DNA from: Monocercomonoides exilis PA203
Lineage: Eukaryota; Protista; Preaxostyla
DNA length: 64,000 nt
NCBI GenBank assembly: GCA_001643675.2
Contig: LSRY02000010.1
Location: 124,001 to 188,000 of the forward strand
Reading direction: 5' to 3'
Shown here: positions 27,101 to 40,100 of the stretch, piece after piece
Position numbering within the stretch: the stretch's first letter is position 1
Layout: every line of letters begins with the position of its first letter
Position numbers and translations under genes: made by a program
The notes under the pieces: model-generated
Told to the model about the DNA's origin: nothing
Database searches by the model: none
The model's input: only the letters and a program-made list of their open reading frames with translations

Positions 27101-30084
27101 GATGATGATGAAGCACTTGATGAATGAGGGTGTTTCTGCTGTGTCGCAGTTGATTGACTCACAATTGCTGTCTCAGTTGTTTCTCTAGCTGCGTCTGGAG
27201 AGCAGATGAATGCCTTCTCAGTGAGGATGACATCTGCGTCACACACCGCCGCCAGCAGCCGAAAGACCGACGACAGCAGCGCCTCGTCTCTCGGCGCGTG
27301 GAACAGGAGCATCTTTGCGGTGTTGGCTGCTCTCAGCAGAAGAGAGGCCGATTTTTCCTTCACCGTCACTGCACGCACCAGGGCAGACAGCGCCTGGGCA
27401 GCTGAGGAAAGGACAACAGGGGAAGAGTCGTGCATCACAGAGAAAAGAAGCGCTTCATGCACGCCCCGCACAACAAGTCCCAGACGCTCAGAAAGAGAAG
27501 TGAAGGAGGACACTTTGTATCGCATCGACGACAGCTGTGCTGCTGCTGCAGAAGAAGAAGAACTCATTTCTTTCTCTCCTTTTTTGCCTCGTTGCAGTCG
27601 GCTGCCTTGTTGAGAAGAAGGAAGATGCGAAAGAGAAGAAGAAGAAGATAAAGAAGAAGAATGAGTAGGAGAAGAATGAGAAGAGAATGAAGAAGTCACA
27701 AAGCTCTGCCCAGCAGTCAAGTCAGCGATCAGCAGCTGTGTTCGCGAGCATTCGAAGATGGAGACGATGACCTGGGCAGCATTTGCACGGCAGCGGTGGT
27801 CGGGATCGAAGAGAAGAGAAGTGGTGATGCTGAATGAGGCTGGGAGATCGGTGGAGTTGTTGGGAGAGGAGGAGGAAGAGGAGGAAGAGGAAGAAGCAGA
27901 ATCCGAAGGAGAAGAAGCAGAAGTGGATGAAGAAGAAGGAGAAGTTGATGAAGATGAAGAAGAAGTTGAAGAAGAAGACTGAAATGAATGTGAAGCAGAT
28001 GAAGGGGATGTGCTGTTGGATGGCTGACTCTCGCCTTTATGTTGTGTCTGCAGAGTTGGCTTCATTTTCGATGGGATGAATGGCTTAGCCTTTGTAGAGA
28101 GCACAGCGAGTGTGTGGACATGCTCGTTTTTCAGAGGAAATATTCCGAGTGCTGCCAGGGGAGATATCACTGAAGACATTGGCATTGAATGAGATGTCTG
28201 TGAAACATCTGTGCCTAACACGTTGGATGCTGTTGAGCGTGTTGGATGGACAAGCGAAAGAGAGGAAGAACCAGAAGGAGTTGTTGTAGAAGAAGAGGAA
28301 GAAGAAGTTGAGGAGGAGGAAGAAGACGATGATGAAGCAGCAGCGTGAGCAAACGAAGGGATAGCGCCAGTCTTTCGGAGGAGTGTGAACACAGCCACAG
28401 GCGACGACGGGAGGCAGAGCAGCCAGTGGGCAAAGGCCTGCTTCTTCACCACTTTGAACAGCGACACCATGAACATCAGGGCAAAGCGCCGCAGCTTCAC
28501 ATCCGACGGGAACTGCCGCTCGCCCTCGTCGCGGCAGGCAGACCGCGTGGCAGTGGCGGAGCGCCTGCCGTCGGCGCCGCTTTCGCCCTTCTCGTCCACA
28601 AAGGGCGCTCTGCTCTCGCTGTCTCTGCCCCGCCGGCTGCGAACGCTGGGTGCTCGTGGAAAGGGCCTGGTGGTGTTTGTGCCACTTTCCTGGTCGTTGT
28701 CTGGCTGTGGGGAAGATGACAGCTCAGACCGACGAGCAGAAGACGAAGGGGCAGCAGAAGATATCTTGAAGCTGGTGCTGTGAGGCTTCGGATGGGATGA
28801 CGCAGCAGATGGAGGGGGAGAGCAGGACAGTCGAAGAGAAGAAGAAGAAGAAGTAGTAGTAGTAGTAGAAGAAGAAGAAATGGCTGACGAACCAACAAGA
28901 AGCGTGTTTAACTGCTGTTGAGACTGCAATGGCTGTCGTGTGCTCCACAGAGCAAAAGGGTTTTCAGAGCGAGGCATGAAATGTGCGATGCTTAAAGAAT
29001 CTTCGCTATTTATGCCGTAAAAGATCAGTCTTCGACAAACAGAAATCAGAGATGCGAGCGTATTTCCCACAATTTGCGCATCTTCAGAGATGATGTATTG
29101 CAGCGAACGGAAGCACGTTAAAAGAATCTGTTGGAAAAAAAAATTCATTAAAATTATATGACCAAAATCTTAAATTCCAAACCTGAATAACAACATCCTT
29201 TTCTATTCCTTGCGGAAAATCGGCATAATACAAAAATAAATCTGTGATTGCTTTATATATTGATGGAAGATAACTTTTAAATGATGGTCCACATCCAAAG
29301 CATAAATTTCCAAGTGCACTAATCGCCAATCGTTGTATTTCCTAAATTAAAAAAAAATGAATAAAAACAAAAATTTGTTCAAAATAAAGGAGCATGCATG
29401 GGGAGTTTCCAAAGAAAGAAAAGGAATTAAGGTACTTGAAAGTTCCTGGTGATACTGTTGAAAAAAGGTTTTTTGAAATTATTGTATTAAGAAATTAAAC
29501 AAATGAATCATATTAAACTTTCAAAAGCCCACTTGCCTGTCCAGAAATGATGTATCCAAGAGTTCTAAGTGCTAACGTTGTGTGCTGCGGAAAAGCATGA
29601 ATCACATTTAATACAAGTTTCACTGTTTGGCGTAGTTCAGCATTATCTTCAAATGTCAACTTAACATAAAAAATTCGTTTAAAAGAAACAAATCAAGCAT
29701 CAGTTCATACATTTTTGTGTCTCGATTGATCTAAAACTTTTGATATAAATTGAATAATTGCTTTTTCTTCAGATTTTTTGAATAAAGGAACTGATAATGC
29801 CATTAAGCACGAAAAATCAAAAAGAAAAAAGCTTTCAAAAGCCCAATTTCTGAAAAGAGTTTTTTAACATTATAAAGAAAAAATAATAAAGTAAACTGAA
29901 CACACAACACAATATTCCTTCTATAAAAAAAGCTATTTATGGCAAGATCATAATTTTCTTTTGTAAAAAACAATTTGCAGATAACTGTTAATATTTCTTT
30001 AAAAATTTGAATATTGTTAAAAAAAAGGTCTTTTGAATTATTTTATAAGAAATTAGATTTGAACTCATTGTCTTTGAATATCAT
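20797..30084 (-). CDS. HEATR6: HEAT repeat-containing protein 6 homolog, greatly expanded by poly-Ser/acidic tracts; several small 5' exons, start tentative
   Basis: DUF4042-like block DPDHRCRANAAQ...SFTSLSERLGLVVRGVHEALL; HEAT motifs VRTAACRVMG, RVKAYWALANL, DHDKVRINAVRGVG, GSVKVKWNACCAL, NFKVKIRA. Intron 29128-29182 joins the exon with AISALGNLCFGCG. Confidence 0.8.
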
Positions 30085-31140
30085 GTTTATTTTGTTATAA
30101 TATATGATAAAATTGTCGTGTCAAATATGTCCTTTTTGAATGTGCAAAAGTTTCTTTCAATTCTGAACAATGAAACGCATATTCTTCATTTCTTCTCTGA
30201 ATTCAACTTTTTCTCATTTCATTTCAATTCATTTCTTTCTATCTTTCTTTTCCTTTCAAACCCCTTTGATGTGAACATTAATCCTTATTTAATGTTAATC
30301 TGCACATCAATTTGCTTTTTCTTTCTGGAATATTTCGGCAAAAACCTTTATAATTTGAAATGAATGCTTTTAAACGTGAATAAATACTTACACGTGATTC
30401 TGCGAGCAGCTCTTTTGAAAAATGAAACAGATTATAAATAATTTATCAAAGAGAAGCATTTGTCATGAAATTCATTGTTTGTTTCATTCTTTTTCTTTCT
30501 TCTTCTTTTTCTTTTCCTCCTTTTGTTCAACACAATTGTTCTTCAAGCTTTTTGAATCGTTTGTCAATTCACTAATTCATCTGTTGTGCTTTCATATTTC
30601 TTTGTTTTATTCAGAAGAACATTCTCTCTCATTCAATTTCACATTTGATTTTTTGTCTTCCATTTTTGTTTGTTTCCCACAAAACATTCAAATCACCTCA
30701 GAAGATTCTCTGAAAGATGTTGATTGGCAAGCACTTGGCGAAAAGCGTTTCTGTGCAGTATTTCTTTTTTTTGAAGCTGTTGTTGACAGAGAAAGGAGCA
30801 AAAACCAACACCAAGAATCGCTCAGAATCAACTGTTTTGCTTTGAATCTGTTTGAAATAAGACAAAAACAAACAAACGAAATGCCAACACCAACAATAAA
30901 ACAAAATAAATCAACAAATGTCCTTTGAACAGTTTTCACAGTTTGTTTCTCTTTCTCTTTTCTTTCTTTTGCACATTCACCATTTTTCCCTCTGATTGAA
31001 TTCCATTCTCCATTTTTGTTATCATTCTTCTCAAAAAACATATTTTCCTTTTTCTGACTTTTTTAGAAAGTTTCATTCGGTTCTCCTCTGATATTTCTGG
31101 GCTGTTGGATGCACAACAGTTTTTGCAATGGAACGCAAAC

Positions 31141-34100
31141 TCAAGCAGTCAGCTCCTTCAACAGCCGCTGGGCCTCCTCGCGAGCGCGCGAGCTGATCTC
31201 GACTGTGCTCCTTTTCTCCTCGCTTGCCGACTCCTCCAGGCTTATTGCGTCTGATGCTGTGAACATCACAGCGCCTGCCGGCATGCAGCCCAGCAGCTCT
31301 CTCTTCACCCCCTCCAGCGATGGCCGTTTCTGCCAGTCGTACCACAGCAGCGCATCCACAAACTCCGCAAAGTCTGAGCCTCTCACCAGCTTCAGATTCG
31401 GCCTCTCCCCGCTCGCGATCTTCTTCCCCGCAATCACTGCCTCATACTCCCCAAATGGCACATCGAGCGTCAGACACTCCCACAGCATCATCCCAATCGA
31501 GAACGCAACTGTCTTCTTTGTGGCATGCTTCTTTGCCCCGTTCATCAGCTCCGGCGCCTTCCACCGCAAACACTCATTTCTGTTGTCTTCATCATCCTCA
31601 AACGCTGATGAAGGTGGGGGAGAGCGTGTGTATCTCTTGCTCCTTCTTGAGCCATCAGACGAAGATGTCACAATCGTGGATGATGAAATCGAAGATGAAT
31701 CTGAATCGGAAGAAGAACACTCCGAGTGCAAAACAATGCAGATGACCATGTGTTCAGAGAACAGCACAATGTGAGGACTCAGATTAGCCAACGATTGAAG
31801 TTTGTTTTCCATCTCATCAAATGAGTGAAGTGCTCCATTTGCCACCCAAAACAGGATTTGGGCAGCGGTCACTTCTCTCTCCTGAAGAGTGCCAATCGCC
31901 ATCTCTTTCTTCGCGTTCCTCCCATGAAGCAACATGAACAGAGAATCTCTCAGATCCACAATCAGCTTCTCATGAGGAGATGAGCATGCCATTGCATCCA
32001 CCAAGTTAGACATCGATGAGGTGGTGGGGCACAGACTCTCCGTTCGAACAAATGTGGTGTCTGTGTCTGAAGTGTCTGTTGTTGAAGTGGATGAAATTGA
32101 AAATGATGGAGTTCTCTTCCTTGTTTCCTCTTCCTCTTCCTCCTTTTCCAGTGCCCAATCGGGAATCTTGTCTGAGTCTCTTCCAAGAATATATTCCGTC
32201 GATCCACTTTCAGACAACAAATACTCTTCAGACTCCGAATGCACCATCTGCTTTCCGTACACCCTCTTTTTGATCCTTTCTTCATTCTTCTTCTCTGCCT
32301 CTCTCTCCGCTCTTCGCCACTGCTCCTCAGGTGACATCTCCATCGTCACCATTTCATATGCCTTCGGATCCTTCTTCACTGTGTCCTCCACAATCACTTC
32401 CAATTCTTCTACTCGTCTCTTTTGTTTACTCCACCGTACAATAAACACAATCAAAGCGATTAACAGAATAACGACAATCACAATACACACTATGAAAGTC
32501 CATGCAATTTCTTTTTCTTTCACTGTTTCAACAACGATTCCATCTCCACTTGTCTGACTTTTGCTTCTGTTCTTCAACACCACAGAAGAAGTGGATGCAG
32601 AACAGATCGGCCCAAACAGAATCGAAACAGTGACTTCTGCCTCATCTGGCAAGCCTTCGAGCATTGACGAGGGAATAACGCCATGAACTTCTGTCTCTGA
32701 GACAAACCCGCTCTCGGAGAATTCGTATTTCTCGACTGCCTCCTCATCGCCAAGTGCTGTGACAACCTTGAACAAGAGGTTGCAGGGCAGGAGAAGCACC
32801 CCCCAAAACACAAGCTGTGTGGTTGTGCCTGCCTGTGCCATTGTCACGTTCGTCAGCTGTGGGATGAACAATGGAGATGCCCGGTCACTTGCCAAACCCC
32901 CCAGCTCGCACCCTTCGTTGGCAATCCACAGAGACGAGTCTGGCAGCATTCCATCTCCTCCCTTCACACTCACCAGCACCAGCTTCCCGTTTGTCTTGCA
33001 CAGCACGTTTCTTCTGGCTGACTGGTAGTTCGGGATCGAGGGCGCATTGCCTGTGAAGTTGGCAGCCTCTGCACTCACACAACCCCCCGACACACTCAGT
33101 CCACCCTCAGCCGAGTTTGCAATTGTGGTGTCTGCCATCGCCACCTCGCTCTGTTCTGCATCCACAACTGATCCATTCCAGCCGCACAGCTCCTCCGCTC
33201 CACCAGCTGCACCTGAGCTGGAAAGTGATGAAGAGGAGCCGCCAGTGCTGCCATCAAACAGGCATGTGCACACCCGAGCAGCCGAGCAGCGCAATACCGA
33301 TCCAGCACTTCCTCTTTCAGCATGCGACTGGCAGCCAGCAAACGAGCAGTTTTGCATGACAACAGGATTCTCCAGAGAAATCAAAGAAACAGCAGCCGGC
33401 GCATCTGACTGGACAGAAATGTTGCTGAACTGGATCAATGACAACGACATCTCATCGCTGCCTTCGTTGTTTGCCAGCACCTTTCCACTCATCTTTTCCA
33501 CAACAACCAATGTGCTCTCAGCCCTGATCTCCTCGAATGAGACTTCGTGAAGAACAACCCCTTTTGTGCCCTGCGCAAGATCGAAGCAACGCTGCCCCAA
33601 TTCAACTGACGACAGACTCAGCCTGTTCACTGACAGAACGCAATCCACACCAACAAAAAACGAGCGGAAGGATACAGAGCGCACAACACAATTCTCGATT
33701 GTGCATTCCCCGCTGCTGCACGTGATGAAGATGGGGAGGCTTGGAAGGCTTGGAAGACTGCTGGGGCTGCTTTCTTCGGCAGGGCAGATGGCCGATGAGA
33801 TCATTTGGAATTCAGCATTTGCGGCTGAGAACACAAACGAGTGGCTCAAGGAGAGATCCCTGCCAGGCGCCAGCTGGATGCCTTCCACCTTCACACGCCC
33901 AGCTGCCTCGACCAGAGCATCGCGTGTTTGCACAATCGGCTCGCTGAACGAGACCACTGCCATTTTGCTTGTCTTCGAGGTGAGCGATATGTTCTCGAAA
34001 TCAGCCTCACACTCGAGCAATCCCACATCATTCACCACAACAGCACTCCCATACTCGATCACAACATGGCCCAGCCCATACCCGATCGAGGCACACGGCT

Positions 34101-37100
34101 GCCTTGCCGAGCCGCACTGCCGGCTGTTGTTCCCGCCACCCGCCTCGCCCCCCGCCGACGACACAAACACCACAGCTGCCTGGTATGTGGTGATGAACGA
34201 GATCAGGTCGACCACCCCTTCGCTCAGATCGTCCAGCCCGCAGATAGCGTTGATCCGGTTGTACACCCCTTCTCGCAGGTCAAACCGGAACTGCGTCTCG
34301 TTGATCTGCCCCGAGATGTTCCGGCACACAACAAAGATGTCCCGCCCGTGCCTCGCTGCGTTGCTGTCAAACTCCATCTTCTGGAACAAAAACCCCGGCT
34401 CCCCGTCCATGCTCGTCTCCAGATACACCCCGCCGCCCATCCCTGTTCCCGTGGAGCAGCTGCACTGCATCAGCGTCGAGTTTACACAGGCGAGCCTTCC
34501 TCCGCTGCTCAGCAAATAATGCACAGCCCCGCCCTTTTCTGTGCTGCTCGACCGGCACCCTTCCACATCTGTCTCGTTCACAACAACCTCCACCCCGCCT
34601 TCTCCCCTGCTCCAAACAACACACGACTTGTTCGCTGTTTGCACAATATCCACCAACGTCGATCTGAAGATGGAAATCGAGGAAAGGGAATTGGGAGAGC
34701 GGTTGGTGCTGCTTGCTGCTTCGACAAGGGAGCAGTTGGACAGGCTGCATGAAGAAATGTGGATTGCATCGAATGTTCCTGCTGATCCTGCACGCAGCAG
34801 AAACATCGAGCACAGGAGATGGGCGTTTGTCGACTCAAACTGTGTGCAGGTGAGACTTCCTGCTTCCACAACCGCAAAGGAATAAGCACCCAGCTCAGCG
34901 ACACTTGTGTGTGGCTCAAAAGCACACTTGTCCAGAGCCAATGAACCCTGCTTGCTGAGGATGATTGCGCTGACTTCGTTGCTGAACCCGTTGACAGCTT
35001 GGAGGGAGATCCCTGAAAGGGAGAGGCTCCAGCTGTTCAGGAGGAATGGGTTGGATCCCTGGCTGTCTTCCTGGAACAGCAGCACTGACTGCGCTGCTTC
35101 CTCGCTGGGCAACGACTGGCAGGTGAAGTTCGACAAGTCGGCGGGACGGCTGATGGCTGTTGAGCAGCTGATGCTGATCGTTTTGTGTGCAGCCGAGGCG
35201 TCGATGTGCTCGAAGCCAGTCACAAATGATCGGCAGGGATCGTTCGGCGATCCACACCGGGCAATGTCGAATCCGGCATTGGACAGGTGGATCTCGCTGG
35301 AGGTGTACGGAACAAGGAAGCGGAACAGATCAGCATCGACAAATGTTTGGTCGCTCCCCACAAGCGCATTCGGATCATCGACAAACGGTTCATATGGGAA
35401 GTGGAAGGTGGCTGGGGTGACACTCGCATTGATGTCGAAGCAGTCCACATATATGTTTCTGCCTTTAGCTGCATCGTTGCTCGCAAAAGTGACTGCCTCC
35501 AAAAGGAATGGCTGCCCAGCTGGACCAGCTTCTGTGCTCTTCACATACAGCGCACCTCCTCTGCCTGTCTTCTTGTTGCACTCGCCGTGGCTGAACTCGC
35601 ACCCAGCAGCACTCAGATGGCACCCGCTCCCCAGACTCACCCCAATCAGCCCGCCTGCATCGCATCCCAAGGCACGGCTCCCTTGAAATGCAGTTGTGTT
35701 CATCTCCAGAGAGCTGCTGATGCACAGGAGAGACGAAGAGGGAGCAAACGCACCAAACACACACCCCTCCATCTGCACCCTGCCTCCTTCAGCACGAACA
35801 AGTGTCCCTTCAATCTGAGGAGTGCCAGCTGGGGCAAACGAGCAGTTGCCGAACAGAAGCTGGCCTCGAGGTGTGGAGGAGGAGATGAGCTCGGAGTGGC
35901 GAAGAAAGGCTCCTCCAGCAACAGAAAAATCGAGGCGGTTGAAGCTCAGCCTGCCTGTGCTCAGAACAACACAACTGCGGGTGCTGTCCAGAATGGCTGA
36001 TGCAAATGTGATTGTTGCCTTTTCGGTGCTGCTGCTGGAGGCGACTGTGCTGGATGTCAGGTCAAACTCGTTTTGGATGAGTGCAGACGCCTTGATGGAC
36101 AGCGTCTTGTCGGCTGAGCCCGGATTGATGTTCAGCATGCCTCGCCAGAGCGATGCACAAGGATACGCCTCTGATCCGCACCCCAGGATATCGAAGCCGT
36201 TGGGAGAGATGCAGGAGCTGGAGGTCTGGCGCTGCTGCAGGAAGAGGCGCAGATCATGCACGCCACCCGAGAAGAGCCGCTCGTCTGTTCCTTCGAGATC
36301 GTGTGGCGCATCTCCCGAGCTGATGAGATCCACCAGTCTGGCTGGCGTTGCTGTTGTGTTCAGGTCGGCACACTTCAGAAACAGGTTGTTTCCGAAGGCT
36401 GCTTCATTCCCTCCAAATGCCAGATGAGACAGCTTGAAGCTGCTTGTCGAGCTCTGGTCGATCCCGAGGAATATCCCTCCTCCTTTCCCTTTCCCTTTCC
36501 CTTCGCTGTTGCCACTGCCACTGCCATTGCCTTTGCCATTGATGTTTCCATCCAGCACACACTCCTGGAACGAGCAGTCAGACACATTCAGCTTTTGCGA
36601 CCCAGCCAGACTGCACCTCAGCGCTGCCCCATTCCCAGCAGACGACCGACACCTGCTCCACGAGCAGCTCCCAGACAGCTCTGCATCCACTCCGCTCCCA
36701 ATGCTGAGTGTGCTCCCGCCATCCAGCACACAGTCTTCAAACGACGATCCCTTCAGCTCCAGTGCCCCGCTCCCTTCTCCAACAACCAGCCCAGCCCCAC
36801 CTGCTGAGACTGACTCCACACTGATGCGCGTGAGATGCGCGCTCCCTCCACACATCCAGACAAACCCGCCACTTGCTGCAAAGCACATGCCCCGCACCCC
36901 AACCGCATCCAGCTGCGCCGTTCCACCCCGGATGCACAGCGCCCATGCGCCTGTGCCTGTGTGGCTCTGCTCCTCGTCTGCTGCTCTGAACTCGCACTGC
37001 CGCATCAGCAGCGTGCCTTCTCCCACCAGAACAGCTTCTGTGTGGCTCAGCTCTGCCGGCATGCTCAGCACCAGCTTGTGGATCGTCAGCGTGACTAGTG

Positions 37101-40100
37101 CCTCGCTTGGGCTCACCACCAAGTGCCCGCCTGCGCCCAGCACCAGCAGCGATGTGGTGTTCCGCCCAGCAATCGTGAGCGCCTGGCTGTCTCTGCGGAT
37201 CTCTGTGGCGAGTGCTGCCGAGCTCACAACCAGGATTGTTGTCTGCTTCGTGCCCATCCTCAAATACCCTTCCGACACACTCTCGCACGGAAACAGGTCT
37301 GACCCGCATGTGGGTGTGTCGCTCCCGCTCGCCCTGTCGACAACCACAATCTCCTCGCTCGACGAGAACAGATACCGCTTCAGCGTCTCGTCCACCACTG
37401 CCCCTGAGCTCCCGTCGTGCACCCACAGCTCGTCATCCTCCATCTCTGCATCAAACGAGTCTTCGAAGTCCAGCGGCCGGATCGTGTTGCGAGGCGATGG
37501 GCACTCCAGATACAGATGCCTGCCCTTCCATGCCCTGTTCTCCTCAAATGTGTTTGACTTCATCGAGATGGCCGATGTTCTCCCCAGCATCGACACATAC
37601 AGCCCCCCGCCAAGTCCGCTGTCTCCATCCACCCCGCTGCTGCTCACCTTGTTCGTGTCAAACACGAACGTGCCTGTCTGCTCCACACTCGCAAACACAC
37701 TCCCTCCTTTCATGCTCGCGCTCATTACCTCACAGCTCACAAATGTGCAGTGCTCGAAGCGTGCTGTCTGGCTGGCGCCAATGGCACAGCTCACCACCCC
37801 TCCAAACCCGGTGTGTCTGTTCAGATTCTCAAATGTGACGTTGCTCACTTCGCTGCTCCCAACCTCGCTCATCGCCACCACCGGGCAGTACTGCTGCGCC
37901 GAGTTCGAGATTGTCGAGTTCCCCAGCTTCCACACCCCAACCCTGCTGACACTCAGCGCCCCGCTCTCCGACTCTGTTGCCACATCCTCCAGCGTGAGGT
38001 TGTGGATGGCAGCTTTCTCGATCTCCTGAGCATCCCCCTCAAACACAAATGGCCCAACAACCCCAAAAGGCGTGCCTCTGATCTCGAAGCTGCTCATGCT
38101 CAACGACCCCCTCACAACACGCACAATCGCAAACCCACACTTCAGCCCAGCTGTTGCCTGCAGCACCGACTGGCAGCTGCTCAGCCCAAGCACCCCACCG
38201 TTGCACACAATCAATGCCTTCCTGTTTGTCAGCACAGCTGGATGCGCAAAGCACACCGAAACAAACGTCACCTCACACGATGTCTCAATCAGCCCTGCCC
38301 GTTCTCCTCGCCCACCATTCACAACACCCATCGTTCCCCCAACCTCTCCAGCCGATATCACTGTGGGACAAACCTCGAGATGCACCTCGTCTTTGAGGGT
38401 GAAGGGGCTCAGGATCTTGATCGCCACCGACTGCTGTGCCACTGACGGGCTTGCTGCTTGCGCAATTGTCTCGCAGGGATAGTCCGAAAACCCGCACACT
38501 GCATTGTCTGCCCCGCCATCAGCCACACACCGCTCTGCTGGTGGAGCGCGGAAGAACACAACAAGGGGGATGGGTGCCTGTGTGCCAGCGGTGTCTGTGC
38601 TGCACCCACACAGATCGTTCAGATCGGCAACTCCCTCAGCAATGTCGAACACAAACCCCAGTGTTCTGTTATTGGCCACTGATGCCAGCTGCTTTGCCTG
38701 CAGGAAGAGGTTGTTCCCGCTGTCAGCTGTGCATCCGTTGAACACCACACCCCCAACCACAAAGTCCACTGCCCCTTCCTGAAGCACCCCAAACAACCCC
38801 CCGCCAAACCCTCCACTCCCGGCTCCTCCTCGATGCGATGTGCATTTCGTGAATGTGGATGGAGCAGCAGCAGATGCTGTTGCTGTGACTTCAGAGCTGG
38901 TGATTTTGGCTGTTCCGCCTGCCTCCATCGCAACACACACCCCACCCCCATTGCCATCGGTCGCACTGCACATCTCGAACGAGCATCCCTGGATCGCCAG
39001 GGTCTGCTCGCTCTTCACTGTGCACTCGACACAGCTCCCATGCCCAGTGCTCCGAGACTGGTTGATGAACGAGGCATTGGCGATCTCGAGTGAGAGCGCT
39101 TGGTCAGAATGCACAGCCTGGCAGGGATGCTCCTGCGATGCCAGCTCAAAGCGCGCATCCTCCATGGAGGCTGTTGTACCTGCAGACCACACCCACACCA
39201 GACCCTTCGGAGACGATGTCCACGTTTCCACAAAGGACACATTCCTCATCACCAGCACACTCGTCCCGCTCATGTTTGCACACTGCGTGTCGATGAGCCT
39301 GATCCCCTGCAACACCACATCCTCCACCACAACACGCCCAGACAGCGCGGTGAACAGCGTGAATGTGTGCGAGGCAGCTGACTGGTGAGGGATGAAGGAG
39401 GCACTCGACACAGCAAGCGTGCCCTGCGAGGCCTGACAGAACAGCGAGCGGTGCTGCTTGATGGAGAGCGGAAGCACAAAGCACAACGAAGAGAATGCGG
39501 CTGTCGACGATGGCAGCTCTCCCGAGAGCACAACCAGCCCCTCACCACCAGATTCCTTGCCAATCACAGTGCACTCTGCTCCTGGCGCTGCTCCGCCAAT
39601 CTGCAGATCTGCTGGATCAGACAGGCCAAGCGCCTCTTCCATCGCGAACGGACCTGCCACTTCAACACGCTTGGGCCATCCTGAAAGGCGCCTCACAGCC
39701 TGCGAAAGCGTGTGGCACGGATACGCTGCAAACCCACATGCATCAACATCCAGCCCAGCTGCCGAGTCTGCATGAGCCGTGTTCCCCATTTCACGAACGA
39801 AGAATATGAGCGGGATGGCATGTGCCTTGTCGCTGCCATCGTATCCCTCAAACGCGTGGACAGCTGTGAGCGGGCTCTCCACCGCAAAGGGGAGCGTCTG
39901 TGCGGTGGCGACTGATCGCAGCCTCGGTGCTTCAATGAAGAGATCGTGCCCAAACGATGCTTCGTTCGGATTGTCTGCCGAAAAGACTGGATCAGACACC
40001 ACAAACGGAGCAGCCTCGCCTGCAAAGCGCACCAGCATCCCTCCTCCCAGACCGTGCATGCTGCCTGTTGGAGCTGCACATCCCACGAATGTGCACCCAG

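Noticed and set aside
21019-28783. Poly-Glu/Arg/Lys ORFs antisense to HEATR6 (similar ones lie opposite the cullin and CK1)
   Set aside because: Reverse-complement readings of poly-Ser codon tracts.
30118-31041. Short Phe/Lys-rich ORFs between HEATR6 and the giant gene
   Set aside because: AT-rich intergenic composition with no motifs or convincing splice structure.
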